Shown here: positions 10,017 through 19,088 of the stretch, piece after piece
Numbering within the stretch: the stretch's first letter is position 1
Layout: each line of letters begins with the position of its first letter
IMG/VR virus record: IMGVR_UViG_3300021400_001778
Location: 72,923 to 108,758 of that record
Reading direction: 5' to 3' (one strand)
Length of the DNA: 35,836 bases
Origin: a virus
Taxonomy: Duplodnaviria; Heunggongvirae; Uroviricota; Caudoviricetes
The notes under the pieces: generated by a model
Seen by the model: only the letters and a program-made list of their open reading frames with translations
What the model was told of the DNA's origin: nothing
The model's database searches: none
Made by a program: the position numbers and the translations under genes

Positions 10017-10760
10017 TTATTTATTTATTAAATCTGTATAATAATTACTTACATCGTTATACAATTTTTTGTTATTGTCTTCGTCAAGACCACAATACGC
10101 AAGTGTAATGCGTTCTGACGAATGCCCGAAGAGACGCATAAGTGTCGCGAGAAACATTGCATCATCCTGATGCGTTTTCATAGATGTGTAACCGAAAGTC
10201 TTACGCAAGCCATGATTGCTTACGTTGAGTTCTATTCCCGCATATTCCGCACCTTCATTTACCCATTTCCACGCGCCTTGACGGGTAATATGTCCTGTAG
10301 CACTTTTAGAAGACGGGAAAAGATACCATTCCGAATTGAATTCACCGTAGTATTTCTTTAATGCCGCCTTATACTCGTTAAGCACAGACTGTAAAAGTGG
10401 ATTAATACCAAATTCGCCATATTTTGATGTTTTCTTCTGGCGAACCCTAATGAATTCACGATATCCATCACCGTCTATTACATCATCCCATGTGCGCGGG
10501 ATAATATCGGAAATGCGGAGACCTACGCACAGTTCAAACATAACCAATGCATATTTTTCCATATCAATAATGGAAAAGTTTTTCTTCTTATTATAATAGG
10601 AGATATATAGTTTTAGCTTATTCTCGTCTTTTATAGCATATGTTTTATTTGATACACCAACCGATGCGCTCTTTGCATTATTGCCGCCTTTATTCGGAAA
10701 CTGGAACATAATACATTTCTGCTCTTCTACTGGTGTTACGGGCATTGTTATAGCTGACAT
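10017..10760 (-). CDS. Tyrosine recombinase (catalytic domain only)
   Basis: GLRISD, QKKT, HGLRKTF, LFGHSS, TLAY; start moved to MSAIT after GGAGGT. Confidence 0.92.
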   Translation of the reverse strand: MSAITMPVTPVEEQKCIMFQFPNKGGNNAKSASVGVSNKTYAIKDENKLKLYISYYNKKKNFSIIDMEKYALVMFELCVGLRISDIIPRTWDDVIDGDGYREFIRVRQKKTSKYGEFGINPLLQSVLNEYKAALKKYYGEFNSEWYLFPSSKSATGHITRQGAWKWVNEGAEYAGIELNVSNHGLRKTFGYTSMKTHQDDAMFLATLMRLFGHSSERITLAYCGLDEDNNKKLYNDVSNYYTDLINK

Positions 10761-10805
10761 AAGTACACCTCCCATTACTTATATTCTCTTTGATTGTGTA
10801 ATTTT

Positions 10806-10835
10806 AAACCTTGACTTAATACATTGTCAAGGTTT
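10806..10835. promoter_or_regulatory. 10-bp inverted repeat overlapping a TTGACA-18-TAAAAT promoter upstream of the recombinase
   Basis: AAACCTTGAC-N10-GTCAAGGTTT. Confidence 0.6.
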
Positions 10836-11074
10836 TAATCATCATTAACGCTATCTTCCCAAATATCATAATATTCATCAAGTATTTCGTTTACTTTATG
10901 TAATCCGTGTAACCCAACGGCATTTACAACCTCACCCCTAAATCCTTTAACTTCGACATTGTTAATGTCTCTTTCGCCCATCTGCCATACTACACGAGCA
11001 AAAAGAGAGCATGTTGTTTCCCAATCCATAGGTTTTTCCGTTTTAGAAACTACGTTGTTTGTTAATTCTGCCAT
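10835..11074 (-). CDS. Hypothetical protein
   Basis: 79 aa, AAGGAG RBS. Confidence 0.8.
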   Translation of the reverse strand: MAELTNNVVSKTEKPMDWETTCSLFARVVWQMGERDINNVEVKGFRGEVVNAVGLHGLHKVNEILDEYYDIWEDSVNDD

Positions 11075-11135
11075 GTCTTACTCCTTTTCTGAATATTAAT
11101 CAAATTGTAACACAATTAATGCCAAATGTCAAGCA

Positions 11136-11642
11136 TCAATACTGCTCTTTCATCGGTAGTGTCGGCGCGATATCTTCTCCAATTAAATTCTCTAAATTAC
11201 TCAATGCATCATTATTCGATTGGTGTATATTTTTGTTTAATTTATTAAGGATATCTTCGTTTAAACCCAGAGGATAATCCTCTGAATACCACTCAGCGTT
11301 ACATCTCCTACACCTGTATTTTTTATGGACAAAATAATACCTCTTTTTAAATAATCCTTTTTCTATAGGCTTTCTTTTACTATAGCAACTAAAACTACTC
11401 GGACTTTCAAAACTATACACATATTCTTCTTCCGAAATAAACTTTCTATAAAATTCCCCATCAATTTTCACATCTATTTGTTTGCATACATTTTCTCTTG
11501 CAAACTCATCAGCATACTTCTCGTCATTGGTTTTATTAATTGCTTCTTCATAGCAGAAAGGGCATTTTTGATATACCTTATCTATTCTTTCGGATACAAT
11601 TCTATCTATATCAAATCTATCTGGTATTTTGGCTATTTTCAT
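11136..11642 (-). CDS. Hypothetical zinc-ribbon protein
   Basis: CPFC and CRRC pairs; start moved to MKIAK after GGAGGTG. Confidence 0.75.
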   Translation of the reverse strand: MKIAKIPDRFDIDRIVSERIDKVYQKCPFCYEEAINKTNDEKYADEFARENVCKQIDVKIDGEFYRKFISEEEYVYSFESPSSFSCYSKRKPIEKGLFKKRYYFVHKKYRCRRCNAEWYSEDYPLGLNEDILNKLNKNIHQSNNDALSNLENLIGEDIAPTLPMKEQY

Positions 11643-11665
11643 ACTTTCACCTCCATAAGTTAACT

Positions 11666-12421
11666 TCATAAATCCTCTGCATTGATTGTCTTCCATTTTT
11701 TGTTCTTACAATATTTCCATTGCAACTCGCCAAAAGAAATCCTTGTTTCGATATCTGCAACTTTTTTATTTGACGCAAAGAATTTAATAATTTTCTCTGC
11801 TTCTGTATCTGTCATGCCATATAAACTCTGATATCGAGAAATGGTTCTCGATATTTCCTCCATACTCCACTCTTCATCCGTAAGGGTAGCTTGCCGTTCA
11901 ATTTCAGCGTTTAATTTATTTACTTCTTCCAACGCCAAACCGTAGCTATCGTATAGCTTATGATACGGTACTGTCGCGCTTTTTGGTTCTTGCCGCCGCC
12001 ACATCGGATAATTTTTAATTATCCTATACCCTTCTTTCGTTATTTCAGCTTCGATAATACCATCAAAAATTTCCCTCATTGGAACGAGATAACCCATCGC
12101 CAAAAGCGTTTCGATGTTACTAACTTTTCTTAAATCATTTAACTCTTCTGGAACTTCTATTTCTTCATATGTCATTTCAAAAAGTTCCGTATTCCAACTC
12201 CAACCCTTCGGTAATTTTTTAAACTTTGTTTCCGATTTAAATTCATTAATCGGCACGCCATTTACGAATCTATGCTCACGAACGCTTAATAAATCTATTA
12301 TCGCGCCGCAGTCAGAAAGAAAATCAATAACTCCGAATTTTACGCGCCATTTTGAAGTCGCATTTTTAGCCGCCCAAAAAACTATATCTCCTTTTTCAAA
12401 ATCTTCAATAGTGTTGTACAT
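11666..12421 (-). CDS. Hypothetical phage protein
   Basis: 251 aa, AAGGAG RBS. Confidence 0.85.
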   Translation of the reverse strand: MYNTIEDFEKGDIVFWAAKNATSKWRVKFGVIDFLSDCGAIIDLLSVREHRFVNGVPINEFKSETKFKKLPKGWSWNTELFEMTYEEIEVPEELNDLRKVSNIETLLAMGYLVPMREIFDGIIEAEITKEGYRIIKNYPMWRRQEPKSATVPYHKLYDSYGLALEEVNKLNAEIERQATLTDEEWSMEEISRTISRYQSLYGMTDTEAEKIIKFFASNKKVADIETRISFGELQWKYCKNKKWKTINAEDL

Positions 12422-12436
12422 ATATACTCCTTTGAT

Positions 12437-13192
12437 TTAATAATTTACCGCGGCAACCCTATCAATAAATATATGGATTCCAGAAGAACATGTTTTAAAT
12501 CTATCGTTTTCAAACTCGCGTTCTGGTTTTACCCATTCGCCAACTGTATATTTAAAATAAGTGTCATAACACGAATGAGCAGAATTATAGTGTTTTTTAC
12601 CATTTTTGCTTTGAATATCAAGAACTAATGCTTTATCCACTCTGCATTTTATTCCACATCCAGATAAACGTTTAGCGTCTTTTGGTATAAACAACTTGAC
12701 TATAACAGGTGTATTTTCTTCATATAAATACGCTCTCTTCCAAGCAATGAATTCTCCATCACTCGGACAGTACAAAGGTATGTTTGTAATATCTTTACAC
12801 TCACTAATATTTGATTCTTCAAACGAAGTATATATTAAAACTGCCGACTTAAAGTTTGTTTTTTTATCAAAATCACAATTTTCAAATTTTGCGAAATAAC
12901 AATTAGAATTTTCAAAATTACAATTTTTAAATGTGCATCTAAGGAAAAATGTTCTATTTAAGTTTGCGTATTTAAAATCTACGTTTTTAAATTTACAATC
13001 TTCAAACCACGCAAGACTTAAATTCTCGGAAATAAATCTCTGTTCTGTTATTACTTTATTTACTATAATTATTCTTTTACTTTTATAAACATCATATAAT
13101 AAATCGTCATCATCGTTATAATAACTTTTTACAAACTCGTAATGATTTCTGAGCATTTCCTCTGTTATATTGAAACTATTATTAAAAAACAT
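12437..13192 (-). CDS. Pentapeptide-repeat + DUF5758-like protein
   Basis: A(N/D)L/F pentapeptide repeats, then CPSDGEFIAWK...KCR...CSSGIHIF..R..AV.Y; start MFFNN after AAAGGAG. Confidence 0.8.
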   Translation of the reverse strand: MFFNNSFNITEEMLRNHYEFVKSYYNDDDDLLYDVYKSKRIIIVNKVITEQRFISENLSLAWFEDCKFKNVDFKYANLNRTFFLRCTFKNCNFENSNCYFAKFENCDFDKKTNFKSAVLIYTSFEESNISECKDITNIPLYCPSDGEFIAWKRAYLYEENTPVIVKLFIPKDAKRLSGCGIKCRVDKALVLDIQSKNGKKHYNSAHSCYDTYFKYTVGEWVKPEREFENDRFKTCSSGIHIFIDRVAAVNY

Positions 13193-13202
13193 AAAATCTC
13201 CT

Positions 13203-13565
13203 TTAATTTTTCTTTTCTGGTAAAAGTAATATTTTATCAATATCTTCTGTTTGCCATATTTCAATGCAAGTTCCGTAATATATACTATCTTTATTTGGCG
13301 TTAAACTACTCCAATCTATAGGGCAAAAATGACATACAGGTTTCCATTCAACAGATTTTAAATACTGTTCGTTGGCATATTCGCAAAGAAAACAATTATC
13401 TAATATATCAGGCATGCCCCATTCATTAACATAACCATGCTTCTTAACCCAATCATCCTTAAATGAAAACCTTTTAGGTTCACTCGGATTATCCCCTAAC
13501 TCTTTTTGCATATCGCGCCACATTTCACGATGTAACTTCAACGCTTCTTCTTTTGTTAAATCCAT
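13203..13565 (-). CDS. Cys-rich hypothetical protein, paralog A
   Basis: LTKEEALKLHR.MW.DMQKELGDNPS, NCFLCEY, C..CP.DW. Confidence 0.85.
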   Translation of the reverse strand: MDLTKEEALKLHREMWRDMQKELGDNPSEPKRFSFKDDWVKKHGYVNEWGMPDILDNCFLCEYANEQYLKSVEWKPVCHFCPIDWSSLTPNKDSIYYGTCIEIWQTEDIDKILLLPEKKN

Positions 13566-13909
13566 TATTCGACCCTTTCTGGTAAAGCTAAAATCTCACT
13601 TATTGGCGATGTTCTATAACTACCATAATGACCAATACAAAAATCCTCACCCGTAAGTCCTATCCAATCCAACGGACAATTACAAACACGATTGTCGAGT
13701 GGATTGACTGGATTAACTGGATGTTGTCTATCATATTCACACAAAAAACAATTTGCATTAATATTTTCAAAATTATTTCTTGCACACCAATTTTCCTTAA
13801 AATCAATTCGTTTATAATAAGATGGATTGTCCCCCAACTCTTTTTGCATATCACTCCACATCTGCCTGTGGAGTTTGAGTGCTTCTTCTTTCGTTAATTT
13901 TTGATTCAT
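13565..13909 (-). CDS. Cys-rich hypothetical protein, paralog B
   Basis: Same motifs as 13203-13565. Confidence 0.85.
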   Translation of the reverse strand: MNQKLTKEEALKLHRQMWSDMQKELGDNPSYYKRIDFKENWCARNNFENINANCFLCEYDRQHPVNPVNPLDNRVCNCPLDWIGLTGEDFCIGHYGSYRTSPISEILALPERVE

Positions 13910-14323
13910 TTATTCTCCTTCATCTATGAATACCCACGTTTCTGTTCCATACCACTCATTTTCAGCGGTTATTACTGCGTTTCTAACCCACAGTTCATGC
14001 TTTTTTATAACTTCTTTAAACCACTCAATAATCTCTTTCGGATTGTCATGGTCGCGCAAGTCGCCAAATATACTTACTGTATATGCATCAACATTATGTA
14101 TGTTTGGATTTACCCAAACACTTTTCGTTAAAGTTCCCTCAGAGCCGCTCGGCATATAAATTTCTGGATTATCGTAATAATCCTTCCAAACCGATTCATC
14201 AGAATCGAAATGGCATTCTTTGCCGAAAATTTCATCCCAATTTAATTGTTTGTTCTCTGTAGAAAATGCCCTTTCTATATCATCAATTCTTATAATTCCT
14301 GCAACATGTGTCCAATTTGACAT
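13910..14323 (-). CDS. Hypothetical phage protein
   Basis: 137 aa, GGAG RBS. Confidence 0.85.
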   Translation of the reverse strand: MSNWTHVAGIIRIDDIERAFSTENKQLNWDEIFGKECHFDSDESVWKDYYDNPEIYMPSGSEGTLTKSVWVNPNIHNVDAYTVSIFGDLRDHDNPKEIIEWFKEVIKKHELWVRNAVITAENEWYGTETWVFIDEGE

Positions 14324-14352
14324 ACTATTTCTCCTTCATTTTTGTTTTACTA

Positions 14353-14517
14353 TTAATTTTTATTTATGATAAACGTCTGCTTATATTCTTCTCTGTATCT
14401 CTTCTCAGCCTCTCTTTTGCTGTATCCGTAATATTGCTTTACTCCCGCCAATCCGTATACTACCCATGCACCATGAACATTTCTCTCCGAAAAATAAATT
14501 ACACCAGTATTATACAT
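14353..14517 (-). CDS. Small hypothetical protein (MYNTGVIYFSERN...)
   Basis: 54 aa from ATG after AAAGGAG. Confidence 0.75.
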   Translation of the reverse strand: MYNTGVIYFSERNVHGAWVVYGLAGVKQYYGYSKREAEKRYREEYKQTFIINKN

Positions 14518-14533
14518 CTTACAATCTCCTTTC

Positions 14534-15202
14534 TTAATGTGGCAATTTTGTATTCGGGTTAAACTTCTTTCCATCTTTGAATCCCTCGCCGTAAACGCCG
14601 TAATCCATTTCTTTTCCTTTCAATCTTCTCTTCTTTGTAATAAAATCAGACTTCATTACATCTTCCACTTCCGACGGCATCTGCATTACAAGTCCCCATC
14701 CCGCTTCTTTTCCGTCTTTCTGTTCTTTAAAAGCGTCACGAATACCATTCACGAATCCAGTTGCGTAGGAATTTTTAACGGTATTCTCAACCTTCCGCGA
14801 GTTACAACGGTATTTATATATATGGTCAAGGTAATACTGGCTACAACTGTTCGCTGAATCAACGGCATACTTAAAAATGTTTGTGCAAACATCAACGTCT
14901 CCATCAAGTCCGATGAACATAACTTCCAAAGTTTGACTACCACTGACAGCGCAACCACAACAATAATTTTCAGCTATCGTACAAGCGAGAGTGCCGACCC
15001 AACGGCTACCACGATTTGTATATGTAATTCCAGTCATAACTCTGCGTACTTCCTTGTTTTTAATTTCCACAAGGTCAATCTCTGAGATTTTATGAGCCGC
15101 CATAAGTTCTTTCGCTTTAAGCAATGCGGCTTTTGCTTCATGTTCGTTGTTGCTTTCAGCGAGAGCGAGAAGTTTCTTTATTTTTTCTTTATAGTCTTTC
15201 AT
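14534..15202 (-). CDS. DUF2786 domain protein
   Basis: KIKKLLALAES-N-EHEAKAALLKAKELMAAH N-terminus, Y..GF..G C-terminal motif. Confidence 0.85.
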   Translation of the reverse strand: MKDYKEKIKKLLALAESNNEHEAKAALLKAKELMAAHKISEIDLVEIKNKEVRRVMTGITYTNRGSRWVGTLACTIAENYCCGCAVSGSQTLEVMFIGLDGDVDVCTNIFKYAVDSANSCSQYYLDHIYKYRCNSRKVENTVKNSYATGFVNGIRDAFKEQKDGKEAGWGLVMQMPSEVEDVMKSDFITKKRRLKGKEMDYGVYGEGFKDGKKFNPNTKLPH

Positions 15203-15366
15203 ATTTATTCTTCCTTTCATAATATCTTTATCCGCTCATTAAAACCACATTTTATGAATCCAATACACTAAAAATAAAAATAAAGCGGCAAACAATATTG
15301 ACATAATTGCCTAAATCAACATAAAAATAGTTATTACATATTTATTCATCATGTTTATTCCAAACC

Positions 15367-15564
15367 TTAAAATAATAAATAAATTAAATAATCATTGAAA
15401 ATAATATATAAAATGTAAACTCCTAATAATACAAATATAAATAAACATATAATAAGGAACACAGAAAATATATATTGTTTACTTTCAAATGTGTATGAAA
15501 TTATTTTACATACAAATACAATTCCCAAAATTGTAATACATATAGCTATTATTAATAACAACAA
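15367..15564 (-). CDS. Small two-TM membrane protein
   Basis: Two hydrophobic stretches, GGAG RBS, very AT-rich. Confidence 0.55.
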   Translation of the reverse strand: MLLLIIAICITILGIVFVCKIISYTFESKQYIFSVFLIICLFIFVLLGVYILYIIFNDYLIYLLF

Positions 15565-15857
15565 ATTTCTTCTCCATCAATATAAAAATGAGAATCCATC
15601 TCATTAACATAATAAGAAACTTCCTTATCTTTTCTTCTCTGCTTTATTAAATCAGCGGTAACAGTGAAGTAAGCATCTATGATTGAATTGGTTATATTAC
15701 TCCAATCTCCACATTCTTCTAACTGTTCCAAAGCCATATCATTCATTTCTTCAATTTCTTTTTCCGTAAATCCTTCCTGCTTCATGGCTAACTCTGATAT
15801 ATCAACAGCATTATTAATTTCTTCCTCGTAAATTCCCAAAAATCTTATATTAGACAT
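15552..15857 (-). CDS. Acidic hypothetical protein
   Basis: 101 aa, GGGGG RBS, overlaps neighbours. Confidence 0.8.
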   Translation of the reverse strand: MSNIRFLGIYEEEINNAVDISELAMKQEGFTEKEIEEMNDMALEQLEECGDWSNITNSIIDAYFTVTADLIKQRRKDKEVSYYVNEMDSHFYIDGEEICCY

Positions 15858-16065
15858 TATTCCCCCCTTTTTTTATGAAATTATTAAAGCTACAAAGGAC
15901 TTTAAGAAGTTCGTATATATCATCTGCTACGAACCCGATTGAGTCCTCCATATTGTCGTCGGATAACATGATAACATTAATACTTTCATTGAGTTCCCTA
16001 AATTTACTATCAATATTTTCTCTGTATTGCTTTATTATATTTTCTCTTTCCGTCATATTATTCAT
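15850..16065 (-). CDS. Hypothetical protein
   Basis: 71 aa, ATGA-coupled to upstream gene. Confidence 0.7.
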   Translation of the reverse strand: MNNMTERENIIKQYRENIDSKFRELNESINVIMLSDDNMEDSIGFVADDIYELLKVLCSFNNFIKKGGNNV

Positions 16066-16304
16066 CCTTCTAACTCTTTAATCTTTTGATTCCATTTGCG
16101 TTTTGCGTCTTCTTTATTTTCCCCGCAAACTTCCAGTCCGCATCTCATACATTTGTATATAATAGACCTTTCTTTTGTATTTCCAAACCACATTTCTCTG
16201 CGGTTACAGCCGCATATGCATGGAAGGAATTTTTCGTATTGTTTTATTTTGACGATATTATATCCCATGTCTCTCGCGGCATTTCTTAACTCTTCAACCG
16301 TCAT
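16062..16304 (-). CDS. Lar-like (restriction alleviation) zinc-ribbon protein
   Basis: LPCICG...CMRCG...AKRKWN pattern; start MTVEEL after AAGGAGG. Confidence 0.55.
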   Translation of the reverse strand: MTVEELRNAARDMGYNIVKIKQYEKFLPCICGCNRREMWFGNTKERSIIYKCMRCGLEVCGENKEDAKRKWNQKIKELEG

Positions 16305-16314
16305 ATTTCCCTCC

Positions 16315-16521
16315 TTATTTAATCCCGTTTTTATCCATATATTCAATAGCCTTTTTTGCGTTTTTGAGAGTTTCGATTAACTTTTCTCCGCGTTCAATCA
16401 TATGTTCCACATCTTCTTTATCTCCGTACTCTGTGAAGCACCAAAATCCACTATCAATACTTTTAAGCCTTTTCTGAATTTGATTACGCCATTCTACAAT
16501 GGTTTGCTCTCTCCGTGTCAT
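16315..16521 (-). CDS. Hypothetical protein
   Basis: Start MTRREQ after AAGGAG. Confidence 0.7.
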   Translation of the reverse strand: MTRREQTIVEWRNQIQKRLKSIDSGFWCFTEYGDKEDVEHMIERGEKLIETLKNAKKAIEYMDKNGIK

Positions 16522-16522
16522 A

Positions 16523-16717
16523 TTATCTCTCCTTAGTTGCGCTATAGATGTAAGAACCTCTGCTACCAACAACAACAATATCTCCGCAACCACTTTCGGT
16601 TTGTCTTTTTATGTCTTTATATCCTAACTTTTTCAATGCTTCAATCGGTGAACTTGCCTCAATAACAGGCGGCTTGTCGAAAATAGGTAATCTCAAATCG
16701 TTTATTTTATATTTCAT
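16523..16717 (-). CDS. Hypothetical protein
   Basis: 64 aa, GAGGG RBS. Confidence 0.75.
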   Translation of the reverse strand: MKYKINDLRLPIFDKPPVIEASSPIEALKKLGYKDIKRQTESGCGDIVVVGSRGSYIYSATKER

Positions 16718-16738
16718 ATATTTCCCTCTTTATTTACA

Positions 16739-16757
16739 AGGCGGCGTAAAGCCGCCT
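16739..16757. other. GC-rich intergenic hairpin without U-tract
   Basis: AGGCGGC-GTAAA-GCCGCCT just after the 426-aa gene. Confidence 0.55.
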
Positions 16758-16761
16758 GTCA

Positions 16762-18042
16762 TCATGCCATCAGATTTTTAAACTTCGGGATTGCCCGTGT
16801 GATTTCCGTCTGCGGCGTTCCATTGTACTCTGTATGCTTCTTGACGGTAAATGTAATTGTATCAATAGTATACATTTCCAGTTTTATCTTTTCCCAATCA
16901 TATTCTTTTATCTGGTCGCTAATCATCTCAATCTGAGATTTTGCGGTTTTCCATATAAGGATTTCGCCAGATTTAAGGATTATTCTGTATGCGTACCCGC
17001 CGCCAAACTGATTATCAAAGCTGTACAAATAATCAAATGTGATAGCTTCGATATCTTTATATCTTTTCTTTTCCTCGCCAAAGTGTTTTGACGCGGCATT
17101 AGCTTTCTTTTGTACAGCCCTTGCCTTTTCGTCCGCAATGTGTTTATTATATCCCTGCGGCAAGTAGCAAAGATAACCGATATTTCCGTAGGTAACATAA
17201 CCGTCTTTGAGGATAACCCCCATATTATTAATAAATTCGTTATCCCTCTTTGTTTCATACAGATTGAGATAATAATCAATAATTTTCTCAACCTTTTCCG
17301 CCGTCTCCTCCTTATTAAAATCGCTTTTTAAAACTCTTTCGTCATAGCGATTTGCTTTAAGGTCGTTGTTTATTCTTGTTATTCTATCTTCAATGGTCGT
17401 TTTGCTGTTTCTGACAATTAACTCTCTAACATATTTCTTAGTGGAAGGTAAGGAATAATCCTCCCACGATTTCATGTATCCGAGTTTGTCGATGAGTTCA
17501 CTTGCGTATGCAAGCACATCTTCAACTTCATAGTAGATTTCTCCGCCAGAAGGGAAGAACCCGTCAAACTCTTCTAATTCTAAAATTCCGTCATACCAAC
17601 TGGTTACATATTCTGCATTAAGACCGCCAGTGTAAAGAATTAAGCACTGTTTCCCAACCTGTTTCCATTCGTCTGTCTCAACGTTGTGGACGATGTATAA
17701 CAGTTTTCTGTCGCGTCGTGTTCCACAATGCTCGCAAACATTATCTGTAGTCCAAAATCTCTGCGGAACTTCGACATCAGCAACTCTTTTTATGATGTTT
17801 CCATCAGTATGATTCTCAAGAGTTGCTACAAACTCCCAGTTGTCTATCTTTGCCGTTCCTTCCACTTTAACAAGAAGGAATTTGTATGCCACCTTATTTC
17901 CATCTTCGTCCTTTCCTTCTTTAATCGTATCTCCAACCACTTCAAAGGCGAACGGGTTACCAAACTTAGCGCATTTCTTTGCAATGCGATTAAGTTTTTT
18001 CTCCACTTTTTCAAACAACCCTTCGTAGATTTCATATACCAT
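16762..18042 (-). CDS. Phage protein with a Cys cluster and a putative C-terminal OB fold
   Basis: CEHCG..R.RK...QVGKQCL; C-terminal FTVKKHTEYNGTPQTEITR. Confidence 0.7.
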   Translation of the reverse strand: MVYEIYEGLFEKVEKKLNRIAKKCAKFGNPFAFEVVGDTIKEGKDEDGNKVAYKFLLVKVEGTAKIDNWEFVATLENHTDGNIIKRVADVEVPQRFWTTDNVCEHCGTRRDRKLLYIVHNVETDEWKQVGKQCLILYTGGLNAEYVTSWYDGILELEEFDGFFPSGGEIYYEVEDVLAYASELIDKLGYMKSWEDYSLPSTKKYVRELIVRNSKTTIEDRITRINNDLKANRYDERVLKSDFNKEETAEKVEKIIDYYLNLYETKRDNEFINNMGVILKDGYVTYGNIGYLCYLPQGYNKHIADEKARAVQKKANAASKHFGEEKKRYKDIEAITFDYLYSFDNQFGGGYAYRIILKSGEILIWKTAKSQIEMISDQIKEYDWEKIKLEMYTIDTITFTVKKHTEYNGTPQTEITRAIPKFKNLMA

Positions 18043-18080
18043 TTTTCTTCCTCCGTTTTCTTCCTTTGGCTACATGAATC

Positions 18081-18109
18081 ATTATACTACTTACTTTCTC
18101 TTATTGCAA
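18081..18109 (-). promoter_or_regulatory. SigA promoter TTGCAA-17-TATAAT
   Basis: Minus strand ttgcaa taagagaaagtaagtag tataat. Confidence 0.8.
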
Positions 18110-18114
18110 GAGAA

Positions 18115-18486
18115 TTATCTGAATCTCAACTTACTTTCGACTATTGCTTCCTTTGCTCTTTCCGTAAGGGTAACATCGAATCTTCTATTCCACCTCCTCT
18201 GTTCTCCCCTATAAACATCTGTAACACACCAACCAGACGTTGTACGCTCCACGACTATATGTGTAGATTTCGGCGGCGTGCAATGCTGATTGTCCGCCGC
18301 GTACCAATCAATGTCCGCGACAATTCCAATCATATCCTTCTTCTTTATACCAAGTCTTGACTCAAGATTCCAAAGCGCATCATCAAGTAATGATACATTC
18401 ATTTTCCTTACACGCGCCCTTTTCTGATTATCCTCGATTACCTTTTCAATTTTCGCGCGGTTTTCATTTCTAAATAAAATCTTCAT
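18115..18486 (-). CDS. Basic hypothetical protein
   Basis: 123 aa, AGGAGG RBS. Confidence 0.85.
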   Translation of the reverse strand: MKILFRNENRAKIEKVIEDNQKRARVRKMNVSLLDDALWNLESRLGIKKKDMIGIVADIDWYAADNQHCTPPKSTHIVVERTTSGWCVTDVYRGEQRRWNRRFDVTLTERAKEAIVESKLRFR

Positions 18487-18499
18487 TTTCTTTCCTCCT

Positions 18500-18805
18500 T
18501 TAAATCATTCCATATTTCTTGAGTAAATCAGTGCAATCTGTACCATGACTATTAACATACATTTTTCTTCCTGTCCTACTATCTCTATATATACCACCTT
18601 CAAATTCTCCAATCTTAACATGTCGCGGCATAACCTTTATAAGTTCGCCGCCATCCTGTTCCTGTTTCCAGTGATGGTAATTTCCACTTGTATCTATAAA
18701 CTCAACATCGTAACCATATCTATTCCAAAATTCACAATACAGAACCTTTTCCACTTCGTATTCGCGACCATTAACCTTGACTATATCATTAACTTCAACC
18801 TTCAT
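18500..18805 (-). CDS. Hypothetical protein
   Basis: 101 aa, AAAGGAG RBS. Confidence 0.85.
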   Translation of the reverse strand: MKVEVNDIVKVNGREYEVEKVLYCEFWNRYGYDVEFIDTSGNYHHWKQEQDGGELIKVMPRHVKIGEFEGGIYRDSRTGRKMYVNSHGTDCTDLLKKYGMI

Positions 18806-18853
18806 ATTTTTCTCCTTTCAAAAACAGCACGGTGGTCTTAAAAACTTCGTATC

Positions 18854-19072
18854 CTATTTTCTCTCTTTGAGTTCGTATCCGTTTGCCCACCACGTTGCTT
18901 CTTTCGGCATCCCATCAATGTGGATGCAATGGACATCGTATATATTACCAGATTCGATGACCGTACATTTCTTACCGTAGTATTCATGTTCCGTCCAAGG
19001 TTTCCCTTGGAGAATCGGAAGAAAGATGCGCTTGTCACCTTTCTTCGCTGTTATGATGTATTTTTCGTTCAT
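18854..19072 (-). CDS. Hypothetical protein
   Basis: Start MNEKY after AAGGAG. Confidence 0.75.
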   Translation of the reverse strand: MNEKYIITAKKGDKRIFLPILQGKPWTEHEYYGKKCTVIESGNIYDVHCIHIDGMPKEATWWANGYELKERK

Positions 19073-19088
19073 GGTTATTCTCCTTTCT

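Noticed and set aside
15240-15352. TAG stop-codon recoding suggested by an in-frame TAG in a hydrophobic frame
   Set aside because: TAG cleanly terminates other genes (18854, 27369), and long genes read through in the standard code.
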